In this document: piece by piece, positions 25,579 to 33,709 of the stretch
Position numbering within the stretch: the first letter of the stretch is position 1
How the letters are laid out: every line of letters starts with the position of its first letter
DNA from: an uncultured Treponemataceae bacterium
Lineage (GTDB): Bacteria > Spirochaetota > Spirochaetia > Treponematales > Treponemataceae
NCBI GenBank assembly: GCA_964370725.1
Contig: CAYJLQ010000001.1
Coordinates: forward strand, 1 to 34,890
DNA length: 34,890 bases
Reading direction: 5' to 3'
Position numbers and translations under genes: made by a program
Notes under the pieces: model-generated
The model's input: only the letters and a program-made list of their open reading frames with translations
The model's database searches: none
What the model was told of the DNA's origin: nothing

Positions 25579-27315
25579 ATGAGTATTTTATTAGCAGCGA
25601 TAAACTCTCGCTACAATCATACAAATTTAGCTGTTCGCTCAATTTATGAATTTGTAAAAAAACATGCAGAGGCAAAGAGTGTTGATGCTCTACAGTATGA
25701 AGAATGGACTATAGCGCATTATGTGCAAGATATTGTTCGAGGCATTAGCGCAAAAAATCCAAAGATAATAATTTTTTCAGTATATATCTGGAATACTCGT
25801 CTTGTTTTTGACACTACAAAAGAATTAAAGAAAATTTTCCCAAGCCTACTGATAGGCTTAGGTGGCCCAGATGTATCGTATAGGGCCGAAGAAGTGCTTA
25901 CTGCAAATCCTGAAGTAGACTTTGTGTTACAAGGTGAAGGGGAGCAAACTGTTTTAGAACTTGTAAAACATTACACATCAATTAGTACTAAAACAGGATT
26001 TGATGCACAAGCTTTTTTACAAGGCCTAGGATCAATTTTGGGTATCACTTCCCGCCAAGATGGGAATCGTTTACATTTTGCTGGCGCTCGCCCACCCTTG
26101 GAGATGCAAAGCTTAGCATTTCCTTATAGCGATTTTTTAGAACCAGATTATAAACTTTATTATTATGAGTCTTCAAGGGGCTGCCCTTTTTCATGTTCGT
26201 ACTGTCTTTCATCAATTGAAAAGAATGTACGTTTTATGCCCTTAGAGAGAGTGTATGATGACTTACAGCGATTTTTAGATGCTAAGGTTAAAATAGTAAA
26301 GTTTGTTGACCGAACATTTAACCTTAATACCGATAGATATGTTGCTATATGGGACTACATTGTTAAAAATCATAACGACTATACAATGTTTCACTTTGAA
26401 ATTTCAGCTGAACATCTTGATGATACTGCCTTGCAATACCTGCAGAATGTGAAAAAGGGTGTTATGCAATTTGAAGTTGGGGTACAAAGTACCAATGAAA
26501 TGACTTTGAAAGAAATTAATCGTCCTGTAAAAAAAGATATTTTAGCAAAAAATGTTGGAAAAATTCCCAAGACAATACATAGCCATTTGGATTTAATTGC
26601 AGGCCTTCCTCATGAATCCTTAAAAGAATTTGAAGAGTCTTTTAATTTTACGCTTGCATTGAGGCCGGATATGCTTCAATTAGGTTTTTTGAAAATTCTA
26701 TCTGGTACTCAAATGGAAGTATATGCTAAAGAGCATGATTACGAGTGGTTATCAATTCAGCCGCATGAAGTATTAAAAAGCCCATGGATGAGCTATAAAG
26801 ATATATGCTTTTTACACGATGTTGAAACTGTGTTGGACTGGTATTATAATTCTCATTATTTTGATAAAACTATTTATTATCTTTTAGAAAGTGTTGAAAG
26901 TGACTTTGCGTTGTTTTCATTAATTGCAAAGTATTTTAGAGAACAAGGTTTTTTTGATGTTCAACATAAAACACAAACATTGTTTTCACTTTTATATGAG
27001 TTTGTAGAAAAGTATTATAATAGTTGTTTGCCTGTAGTGCGAGAATTGTTACGCTTTGACTACTTTTATATGGGTAAAACTTCAGTATATCCAAAATGCT
27101 TTGACCTTCACTATGATAAGGACTTACATCATGCAGCCCTTATTGAGCATACAGATATGCACAGTACACGTGAAGCTTATACCAATTCTGCTTTTGAAAC
27201 ATATAATATAAACCCATTAACAATGGAACAGAAAAAAACTAACATACTCTTTTTGTATGGAAAAAGAGCTGAAAAAAAGCAGGATACTATTACAATAATT
27301 ATTGAGAATATGTAA
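25579..27315 (+). CDS. B12-binding-domain radical SAM protein with DUF4080-type C-terminal domain
   Basis: The N-terminal Rossmann-like B12-binding region is followed by the CxxxCxxC cluster motif GCPFSCSYC. A long aromatic-rich C-terminal extension (LLRFDYFYMGK...) resembles DUF4080. Confidence 0.75.
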   Translation: MSILLAAINSRYNHTNLAVRSIYEFVKKHAEAKSVDALQYEEWTIAHYVQDIVRGISAKNPKIIIFSVYIWNTRLVFDTTKELKKIFPSLLIGLGGPDVSYRAEEVLTANPEVDFVLQGEGEQTVLELVKHYTSISTKTGFDAQAFLQGLGSILGITSRQDGNRLHFAGARPPLEMQSLAFPYSDFLEPDYKLYYYESSRGCPFSCSYCLSSIEKNVRFMPLERVYDDLQRFLDAKVKIVKFVDRTFNLNTDRYVAIWDYIVKNHNDYTMFHFEISAEHLDDTALQYLQNVKKGVMQFEVGVQSTNEMTLKEINRPVKKDILAKNVGKIPKTIHSHLDLIAGLPHESLKEFEESFNFTLALRPDMLQLGFLKILSGTQMEVYAKEHDYEWLSIQPHEVLKSPWMSYKDICFLHDVETVLDWYYNSHYFDKTIYYLLESVESDFALFSLIAKYFREQGFFDVQHKTQTLFSLLYEFVEKYYNSCLPVVRELLRFDYFYMGKTSVYPKCFDLHYDKDLHHAALIEHTDMHSTREAYTNSAFETYNINPLTMEQKKTNILFLYGKRAEKKQDTITIIIENM

Positions 27316-27321
27316 TTTTAC

Positions 27322-27350
27322 TTGTGTTTTTATCAATGTTGGAGTACAAT
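27322..27350 (+). promoter_or_regulatory. Candidate promoter: TTGTGT, 17-nt spacer, TACAAT
   Basis: -35 at 27322-27327 and -10 at 27345-27350. This gives a leader of about 47 nt with AGGAGAG before ATG 27404. Confidence 0.4.
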
Positions 27351-27403
27351 TAATAATGCTTAGATGCGCACGGTATCATAACGATACAGCTTAGGAGAGA
27401 AAA

Positions 27404-27949
27404 ATGCGAAAATCTATAATTGGAACAAGTTTTCTTGTTTTTGCCATTTCTTTAATGATGATAATATCACCTGAAACTTGGATAAAAGTGACTGTAATAA
27501 TTCTTGGGGTTTTTGCCTTAGGAAATGGAGTGTATAATTTTTTAGCAGTTAGGCCTTTAATTACTGAAGCTAATTTTAACAAAATTATAACGATAAAAGC
27601 AATTACAAGCATTGTTGTAGGGATTGCAGCTATTGCGCTTCCCTTGATACTAGCAGAGTTAATTTGGACAATTATGATTTATGTTCTTGCAACATATCTT
27701 ATCTTGTCTGCAATAGCAGAGTTTATTAGCTTATCTCGATTAAAAGAGGCTGGAATTTCAAGTAAAGTAATTACTACAGAAATTATTGCGAGTTTTGCAT
27801 TAGCTATATTATTATTTATAATGCCAGGTGAAATTGCAATAGTTTTTATTCGTGTTATTGGAATAGTTTTATTAATTGGTAGTATTGGACTTGCCTTTTG
27901 GGAATGGAAGAATAGGTCTTTACGAATTGATGTTGAACAAGTTGATTAA
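27404..27949 (+). CDS. Small polytopic membrane protein, DUF308/HdeD-like
   Basis: Six hydrophobic segments are present, with repeated G..A.....G motifs. This is a weak by-eye assignment. Confidence 0.4.
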   Translation: MRKSIIGTSFLVFAISLMMIISPETWIKVTVIILGVFALGNGVYNFLAVRPLITEANFNKIITIKAITSIVVGIAAIALPLILAELIWTIMIYVLATYLILSAIAEFISLSRLKEAGISSKVITTEIIASFALAILLFIMPGEIAIVFIRVIGIVLLIGSIGLAFWEWKNRSLRIDVEQVD

Positions 27950-27951
27950 AT

Positions 27952-27989
27952 AAAAAAAACTTAGCTGAATAGTCAGCTAAGTTTTTTTT
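27952..27989. terminator. Bidirectional rho-independent terminator
   Basis: A-run, then CTTAGCTGA (27960-27968), loop ATAG, TCAGCTAAG (27973-27981), then an 8-T run. Confidence 0.85.
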
Positions 27990-27994
27990 ATGTA

Positions 27995-28552
27995 TTAGTC
28001 TTGTGACAAACTTCCCTTTTTAGGTTTTGCTTTAGCGTAAGCAAAAATAAGAAGTGTACCAATTACTCCAATTGAAATTGAGTTCATAAGAGCTGCAATT
28101 ACACCTTGTGCAAAAACTAGGTCTACAGGTTCAGCATAAATTAGAATATCTAAAACTGGAGCAACAATCATCCAAGATACGATATTTGCTGCAATTTGAA
28201 TACCATTAAAAATAAGTACATCTTTAACACCGAAAATTCCTTCTTCAGCCTTTAAGTGTGGATATGCAAAACCAATGATAAAACAAGAAAGGAAGCTTGC
28301 AATTACCCAACTCCACCAAGCTGAACCATACTGAACTGAATCAGATAGTGCATGCCCAATAAAAGCAATGAGACCACCTGCAATAGGCCCGAATAGTGCA
28401 GCAAAAAAAGCTCCTACTCCGTATGCAGTTTGAAAAGAAGTTTCAGGTATAAAACTTGGCACCTTTACATACATAAACAACACTGTGAAAAGTGCTGCCC
28501 CTAAACCAATTGCCACAAATGTTTTTGTTGAAACGGCAAACAATTTTTTCAT
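27995..28552 (-). CDS. ECF transporter substrate-specific (S) component, UPF0397/HtsT-like; substrate unknown
   Basis: 185 aa with about 6 TM segments and GGAGG 5 nt upstream. From memory, these blocks resemble the UPF0397 S-component family: IGLGAALF, FGPIAGGLIAFIGHALSD, YGSAWWSWVIAS, APVLDILIYAEP and the C-terminal KGSLSQD. That family is normally encoded with a duplicated ATPase and a T component. Confidence 0.7.
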   Translation of the reverse strand: MKKLFAVSTKTFVAIGLGAALFTVLFMYVKVPSFIPETSFQTAYGVGAFFAALFGPIAGGLIAFIGHALSDSVQYGSAWWSWVIASFLSCFIIGFAYPHLKAEEGIFGVKDVLIFNGIQIAANIVSWMIVAPVLDILIYAEPVDLVFAQGVIAALMNSISIGVIGTLLIFAYAKAKPKKGSLSQD

Positions 28553-28596
28553 AATAACCTCCTAAATACAGTGAAAAAGTTTTTTCTCACTCGTAC

Positions 28597-28625
28597 ATTT
28601 AAACAAAAAATGTCAGTTCTGTCAA
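28597..28625 (-). promoter_or_regulatory. Internal promoter for the S-component gene: TTGACA, 17-nt spacer, TTAAAT
   Basis: Minus-strand -35 TTGACA at 28620-28625 and -10 TTAAAT at 28597-28602. The leader is about 40 nt and contains an imperfect A/U-rich hairpin (28570-28591) before the SD. Confidence 0.5.
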
Positions 28626-28650
28626 GATATATTTTTATAGAAACTGAATA

Positions 28651-29502
28651 TTATTTTGAAAATTCTATTGACCAATCGCTTCCAAAACCAATATTATATT
28701 GTTTTTCGAAACTTCCACAACTTACTGCCAGAGCAATTTTCATAAGCTCATTGTTATAGATCATTGGTTTACCTTGTTCGGCGTAGCCAAAGCTTTTATG
28801 AAATAGAATCTTTTCATTAAAAACAGATTTTCCCTTATGCAAGATGTTTAACTGTAGCATATCGCCATAGCTAAAGCCATTGTCTAAGAACATATTAAGA
28901 GGAATATTTGTCCACATGTTTCCAAAGTTTGGATCGTCAATTTCAAAAATACCTTTTACTATTCCATTTTCGAAACTTGGCTCATAAATTGGATGTTCAA
29001 CAATTTCTTCAACTGGATAGGCTTTACCAACTTCTTCAAAAGTAATTTTACCACTAGCTAATTTTGCAGCACAGTGTCCAAATAGGTCTCGTCCATGAAA
29101 TATAGCTACGCCTTCAGTGTTTTTTCCTTTTAAGCGATGAAGGTCTTCATCAATTTCTCTTATCTCTACAATTCCAAAGTGTTTTTTTACGTGAGTTAAG
29201 CTTCCGTTGTCAGGCGTAACAATGTAGTAGCCGTTTGCAGTCTTGGCAACACTTGCTTTTCTAGCGGTTCCTACTCCTGGGTCAACTACTGATACATAAA
29301 TTGTACCTTCAGGCCAAAAGTTTAGACTTTGGTATAATCGATAGCTTGCGCTCCATGTATCAAATTGAGGTAGTTCGTGCGTACCATCCATGATTTCTAT
29401 TGAGCGATCTACACATTTCACTACACCGTACATTGAAGAAATAGCTCCTTCTTTGTAGGTAAAATCGGTTTGAAACACTAATAATGGTTTTTCGTTTGTC
29501 AT
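28651..29502 (-). CDS. SAM hydrolase / SAM hydroxide adenosyltransferase family protein (DUF62, COG1912, fluorinase-chlorinase fold), paralog B
   Basis: 283 aa. The N-terminal TDF..K.GAISSMYGV, VVDPGVGTARK, TPDNGSLTH and IFHGRDLF match the conserved Asp/Arg/His core of PF01887 proteins. AAGGAG lies upstream. Confidence 0.85.
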   Translation of the reverse strand: MTNEKPLLVFQTDFTYKEGAISSMYGVVKCVDRSIEIMDGTHELPQFDTWSASYRLYQSLNFWPEGTIYVSVVDPGVGTARKASVAKTANGYYIVTPDNGSLTHVKKHFGIVEIREIDEDLHRLKGKNTEGVAIFHGRDLFGHCAAKLASGKITFEEVGKAYPVEEIVEHPIYEPSFENGIVKGIFEIDDPNFGNMWTNIPLNMFLDNGFSYGDMLQLNILHKGKSVFNEKILFHKSFGYAEQGKPMIYNNELMKIALAVSCGSFEKQYNIGFGSDWSIEFSK

Positions 29503-29535
29503 AATGACTCCTTGTAATCCCGTTTGGGGTAGTTT

Positions 29536-30369
29536 TTATATAAAAGGGTTAAAAAATCTTGATCCATTTACAAATATTGATAAACATATCGATGTTGTAA
29601 ATATTAATGCACAAACAATCAGTGTGCAAATGTCGCCTTTGTATAATGGGCGAGAAGCATACCATGTTCGTTTTGACTCTTTTCCAAAACTTCGTAAGTC
29701 CATTGTATTACTAATCATTTCAATTCGATCTAATGTTGAAAAAACTAGAGGAACACAAATGGTCATTACATTTTTTACACGCACACTCATTTTTTCTTTT
29801 TTTGATAAATCTAGGCCTCTGCATTGTTGTGCTGCAGAAATATCGTTGTAGTCTCTGATGATATCAGGAAAGTAGCGCAAAGTTAAAGAGAATGAGTAAG
29901 CAACCTTGTATGGAATGCCTATTCTATTAATAGAGGCAGCAAACTCACTAGGATTTGTTGTTAAAAGAAATATTATTCCAAGGGGCACAACTGAAGCATA
30001 CTTTGTTGTCTTTGTTATTTGATATAAGAGCTGCTCCCATGTTAAAACATATCTGCCACCAAAAGAAAAAATGACACTCTTTGTACCATAAAGATCTACT
30101 CCATATGTAGGGCTAAATATAAATGTTAACACAAAATTGAGCGCCAAAAATATAAATACATAGACAAGCATTATTTTTATTTGGCCAAAGGTTATTCCTG
30201 ATATTCTTAAAACAATAAAGGAAAAAATAAGTACAGGAACTATGAACCGAATATCATACGAAAACATGACAGCGAATGTTAAAAAGAAAAAACAAAGTAT
30301 TTTTGTTAAGCCTGAAAGATTAAATATAAAATTATCTCTTTCTACATAGTCAAATAGTTTTGATTTCAT
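29536..30369 (-). CDS. ECF transporter transmembrane (T) component, EcfT/CbiQ family
   Basis: 277 aa and polytopic. It carries the two short Ala-Arg-Gly-type coupling helices typical of EcfT. The first is degenerate (TLRYFPDI) and the second is AQQCRGLD. Its ATG overlaps the ATPase stop by 4 nt (ATGA). Confidence 0.8.
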   Translation of the reverse strand: MKSKLFDYVERDNFIFNLSGLTKILCFFFLTFAVMFSYDIRFIVPVLIFSFIVLRISGITFGQIKIMLVYVFIFLALNFVLTFIFSPTYGVDLYGTKSVIFSFGGRYVLTWEQLLYQITKTTKYASVVPLGIIFLLTTNPSEFAASINRIGIPYKVAYSFSLTLRYFPDIIRDYNDISAAQQCRGLDLSKKEKMSVRVKNVMTICVPLVFSTLDRIEMISNTMDLRSFGKESKRTWYASRPLYKGDICTLIVCALIFTTSICLSIFVNGSRFFNPFI

Positions 30370-32093
30370 TTTTTGCCCCCCTGTAAATCAGTATGAAGTG
30401 CCTCATAGTCAATAAAGCTTTGAACAAACTCTTGTTCATTTTTGATACCAACTTTTTGGGCAAGATTGTATAGTGAAGTTACCTTTAAACTTGCTTTACT
30501 TGCTATATCAGGGCTTGTTAGTGCTTTAACAGCGCTTGCATCAAGTAATATCTTGTTTTCGCTTAAAACAAGCGCTCTATGAGTATATTCAAGCATTAGG
30601 TGCATATCATGGGTGATAAGCAAAATTGTTACGCCTTGAGCATTTAATTCTTTTAAGAATTCCATTATTTCTGTGTAGTGCTTGTAATCTTGTCCTGCTG
30701 TTGGCTCATCCAAGATTATTATGCTAGGATTCATTGCTAACACAGATGCAATTGTAACTCGTTTTTTTTGTCCATAGCTTAATGCAGAAATTGGCCATTT
30801 TATAAACGGGAGTAAGCCGCAAATGCTAAGAGTTTTTTCAACTCTTTCAGCAATTTCTTCTTCACTTACGCCAGTTAAACGCAAGCCCAATGCAACTTCA
30901 TCAAAAATCATTGGCTTGCAAATCATTTGGTTAGGGTTTTGCATAACGTAGCCTATGCTTTTGCTGCGCTCTTTTATTGTCATATCTTTCATGTCTTCAC
31001 CATGTAGATATAAAGAACCAGTGTTACCTTTTTCTATCCCACAGATAATTTTAGCTAGAGTGCTTTTTCCAGCTCCATTTGAGCCTACAATACTAAGCAT
31101 CTCGCCTTCATGAATGCTAAAGGAAACACTATCAAGAATGGTTTTACCTCTAGTATCGTATTGAAAGCCTATGTTGTCTGCTTTTAATATTTCTTTTGTA
31201 AAGCTCGTTTGAGTTTTCTTTGCTTGAGCGGTGTTCCAAGCGGTGAGATCTTTTTTTATTGTATTAATTTTTAAGGTTTCTAGTTGGCCAGCGTTTATTT
31301 TTTCGGTAACAGGAATTCCTGCATAGCGAAGTGCAGTTACATATAAAGGCTCTCTTATTCCAAATGAAGGAAGTGTTCCTGCAGCCATAAGCTGATCAGG
31401 GCTCATATCAGCTTGAACCATGCCTTCGTTCATAACAATTATTCTATCTACATTGCAATGTAAAACATCTTCTAAGCGATGTTCAATAATAATAATTGTT
31501 TTGCCTAGCTTTTTATGAATGTCGTCAATAAGTTCAACAGCTGTTTGGCCTGTTTTAGGGTCAAGATTTGCAAGGGGTTCATCAAAAAGGAGTATTTCAA
31601 CTTCATCTACCATAACACCAGCAAGCGAAACTCGTTGCTTTTGGCCTCCAGATAATTCATGTGGAGAAGATGTTAAATGGGTATCCATTTCAACTAAGGC
31701 TGCTGTTTTTTTTACAATATCATGCATCTTATCTATCGATACACAATCATTTTCTAGGGTAAATGCAATATCTTCAGCAACAGTAAGTCCAATAAATTGG
31801 CCATCTGAATCTTGTAAAACGGTTCCAACTTTTTTTGACAGCTTAAAGATGTCGAGAGATTTAGTTTCTTCTCCTTCAATTTTTAAGCTTCCAGAAATTT
31901 CTCCTTTAAATGAAAAAGGAATAAGACCATTTATACAGTTCCCAATTGTACTTTTTCCACTACCGCTAGGGCCCACAATTAGGATTTTTTCACCTTTGTA
32001 TATTTTTAAATCAATATTTTTTAATGTTGGTTTTGCCTGTGCAAAATATTGAAACGAAAAATCAGAAAAATCTACTACAACTTCTTTTTTCAT
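30366..32093 (-). CDS. Duplicated ECF-type ABC ATPase (EcfA-EcfA' fusion)
   Basis: 575 aa with two complete ABC cassettes. The first has GPSGSGKST, LSGGQKQRV and LLFDEP. The second has GSNGAGKST, LSYGQKKRV and IILDEPTAGQD. Confidence 0.9.
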   Translation of the reverse strand: MKKEVVVDFSDFSFQYFAQAKPTLKNIDLKIYKGEKILIVGPSGSGKSTIGNCINGLIPFSFKGEISGSLKIEGEETKSLDIFKLSKKVGTVLQDSDGQFIGLTVAEDIAFTLENDCVSIDKMHDIVKKTAALVEMDTHLTSSPHELSGGQKQRVSLAGVMVDEVEILLFDEPLANLDPKTGQTAVELIDDIHKKLGKTIIIIEHRLEDVLHCNVDRIIVMNEGMVQADMSPDQLMAAGTLPSFGIREPLYVTALRYAGIPVTEKINAGQLETLKINTIKKDLTAWNTAQAKKTQTSFTKEILKADNIGFQYDTRGKTILDSVSFSIHEGEMLSIVGSNGAGKSTLAKIICGIEKGNTGSLYLHGEDMKDMTIKERSKSIGYVMQNPNQMICKPMIFDEVALGLRLTGVSEEEIAERVEKTLSICGLLPFIKWPISALSYGQKKRVTIASVLAMNPSIIILDEPTAGQDYKHYTEIMEFLKELNAQGVTILLITHDMHLMLEYTHRALVLSENKILLDASAVKALTSPDIASKASLKVTSLYNLAQKVGIKNEQEFVQSFIDYEALHTDLQGGKK

Positions 32094-32102
32094 CCTGTCC
32101 CA

Positions 32103-32948
32103 CTATTTTTGCACTTTTTGTAATGTTATTGACCAACCATGCCCAGTTCCAACATCATATGCTTTTGCAAAGTTTCCTTGATTAATTGCAAGAGCCATAT
32201 AATCTAAGCTATTAACGTATAGTAAAGGCTCACCAATATAAGCATCTGCAAAAGACTTCATAAATACTACATGATTTCTATATAAAACTCGTGTTGTGTT
32301 TTGTACAATTACATCTACAGCATCGCCATGCTTTAATCCTAATGTGGCAAAAAGCGTTCGAGGGATATTTGTCCAAAGGCTTCCAAATCGAATATCAAGA
32401 ACATCGATGCTTCCGCTTATTGAATCCCCTTCTAACTTTGCTTCTATAATTGGAAGTTCAACTATGTCATTTGTATCTAAACTAGGGCCTACTTGCTCAT
32501 ATGAAATAATTCCACTTGCAAGTCTTGCACCGGTATAGGCATATACGTCTCGACCATGGAAGGTATGACTTTCATGAGAATTTGCAAGTCTGTTTACGGA
32601 TTCATCAATTTCGCGAGCTTCTTTTATGCCAAGATTTCTTTTAATGTGAGTTAAAGTACCATTATCTGGTGTAACAATATATTGCCCTGATTCTGTAAGG
32701 ACAACTACACTTTTTCTGCTTGAACCTACACCTGGATCTACAACCGAAACAAATACGGTGCCTGCTGGCCAAAACTCAACTGTTTGTATGAGCCGATATG
32801 AGGCTTCCCAAATATTAAACTGCGGTATTTCGTGTGTTAAATCAAATACGTTTAAATTTTCATCTACACCGTTTGCAACTCCATACATTGCACTAACTGC
32901 ACCATCGCAAGTCCCAAAGTCGGATTGAATAACAAGAGGTTTTCCCAT
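32103..32948 (-). CDS. SAM hydrolase / SAM hydroxide adenosyltransferase family protein (DUF62, COG1912), paralog A
   Basis: 281 aa. SDFGTCDGAVSAMYGV, VVDPGVGSSRK, TPDNGTLTH and TFHGRDVY are present. AAGGAAA lies upstream. The start is only 31 nt after the clpP stop, and no terminator is visible between them. Confidence 0.85.
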   Translation of the reverse strand: MGKPLVIQSDFGTCDGAVSAMYGVANGVDENLNVFDLTHEIPQFNIWEASYRLIQTVEFWPAGTVFVSVVDPGVGSSRKSVVVLTESGQYIVTPDNGTLTHIKRNLGIKEAREIDESVNRLANSHESHTFHGRDVYAYTGARLASGIISYEQVGPSLDTNDIVELPIIEAKLEGDSISGSIDVLDIRFGSLWTNIPRTLFATLGLKHGDAVDVIVQNTTRVLYRNHVVFMKSFADAYIGEPLLYVNSLDYMALAINQGNFAKAYDVGTGHGWSITLQKVQK

Positions 32949-32979
32949 TTTGTGTTTCCTTATTATTTGTTTGAGTTTT

Positions 32980-33582
32980 TTATTTTAGTTCATCTCTTGA
33001 TGAAATAATATTGCTTACAAGTCCATAGGATTTTGCTTCTTCTGCATTCATCCAAAAGTCTCTGTCTGTATCTTTTTCAACTTGCTTTAAGCCTTTGCCT
33101 GTTTCATCAGAAATAAGCTTGTTAATTCTTTCTCGCATTTTTTCAATTTCACGAGCATGAATTTCAATCTCTGTTGCAACACCTTTTATGCCGCTTAATG
33201 GCTGATGAATAAGGTAGTGTGAGTTTGGAAGTGCTAATCGCTTGTCTTTTGGAGATGACAAGAGAATTAAGGCACCTGCACTTGCAACAAGTCCCATTCC
33301 AATGGTGTACACAGGTGCATTAATGAAACGAATCATGTCAAGAATTGCGTAACCTGCATCAGCATCTCCACCAGGAGAATCGATGAATACATAAATTGGG
33401 TCATTGTTGTCAGCTTCTAATATTAAAAGTTGTTTAATTATCTTTTCAGCTAAAGCCTTGTTAATTTCGCCTGTTAAAAGAATTTGGCGAGTTTTTAAGA
33501 ATTTTAAGCTTAGCGCATCTGGGCTTTGTTTTTCTTCTTCGGCTTCTTTATTTTCATAGATTGGTCTTTGTGTAAAAGTCAT
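32980..33582 (-). CDS. clpP: ATP-dependent Clp protease proteolytic subunit, divergent paralog
   Basis: Ser/His/Asp triad contexts are conserved: GLVASAG, LIHQP and KDTDRDFW. IDSPGGD is present. The N-terminal 30 aa are acidic and unlike the canonical axial-loop sequence. Confidence 0.85.
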   Translation of the reverse strand: MTFTQRPIYENKEAEEEKQSPDALSLKFLKTRQILLTGEINKALAEKIIKQLLILEADNNDPIYVFIDSPGGDADAGYAILDMIRFINAPVYTIGMGLVASAGALILLSSPKDKRLALPNSHYLIHQPLSGIKGVATEIEIHAREIEKMRERINKLISDETGKGLKQVEKDTDRDFWMNAEEAKSYGLVSNIISSRDELK

Positions 33583-33610
33583 GTTAGTTTCCTTAATGTG
33601 GTATGAGTAT

Positions 33611-33639
33611 AATATAGCATAGTAATTAATAATTTACAA
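33611..33639 (-). promoter_or_regulatory. Candidate clpP promoter: TTGTAA, 17-nt spacer, TATATT
   Basis: Minus-strand -35 at 33634-33639 and -10 at 33611-33616. AAGGAAA serves as the SD before ATG 33582. The context is AT-rich. Confidence 0.4.
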
Positions 33640-33709
33640 TTAATAATTACTATTTTTTGTTACAAAAATGAAAATTGTTCCGTTACAATTATGCATTGTA
33701 CATTATAAA

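Noticed and set aside
28553-28650. Possible SAM or other riboswitch upstream of the S-component gene or of the operon
   Set aside because: The leader downstream of the predicted promoter is only about 40 nt. The clpP to DUF62-A gap is 31 nt. Neither can hold a riboswitch aptamer, and no SAM-box-like conserved helices were seen.
28571-28759. 62-aa plus-strand ORF spanning the gap between the S-component and DUF62-B genes
   Set aside because: It runs antisense through the predicted internal promoter and into the DUF62-B 3' end. It has no SD and no recognisable fold.
31519-32052. 177-aa plus-strand ORF inside the ECF ATPase gene
   Set aside because: It is antisense to a gene with two intact ABC cassettes, is Ser/Phe/Ile-rich and has no motifs. 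It is a shadow ORF. The same applies to 29504-29851 (antisense to EcfT), 32296-32538, 23075-23488, 15733-16038, 15352-15594, 3829-4170 and 2422-2736.
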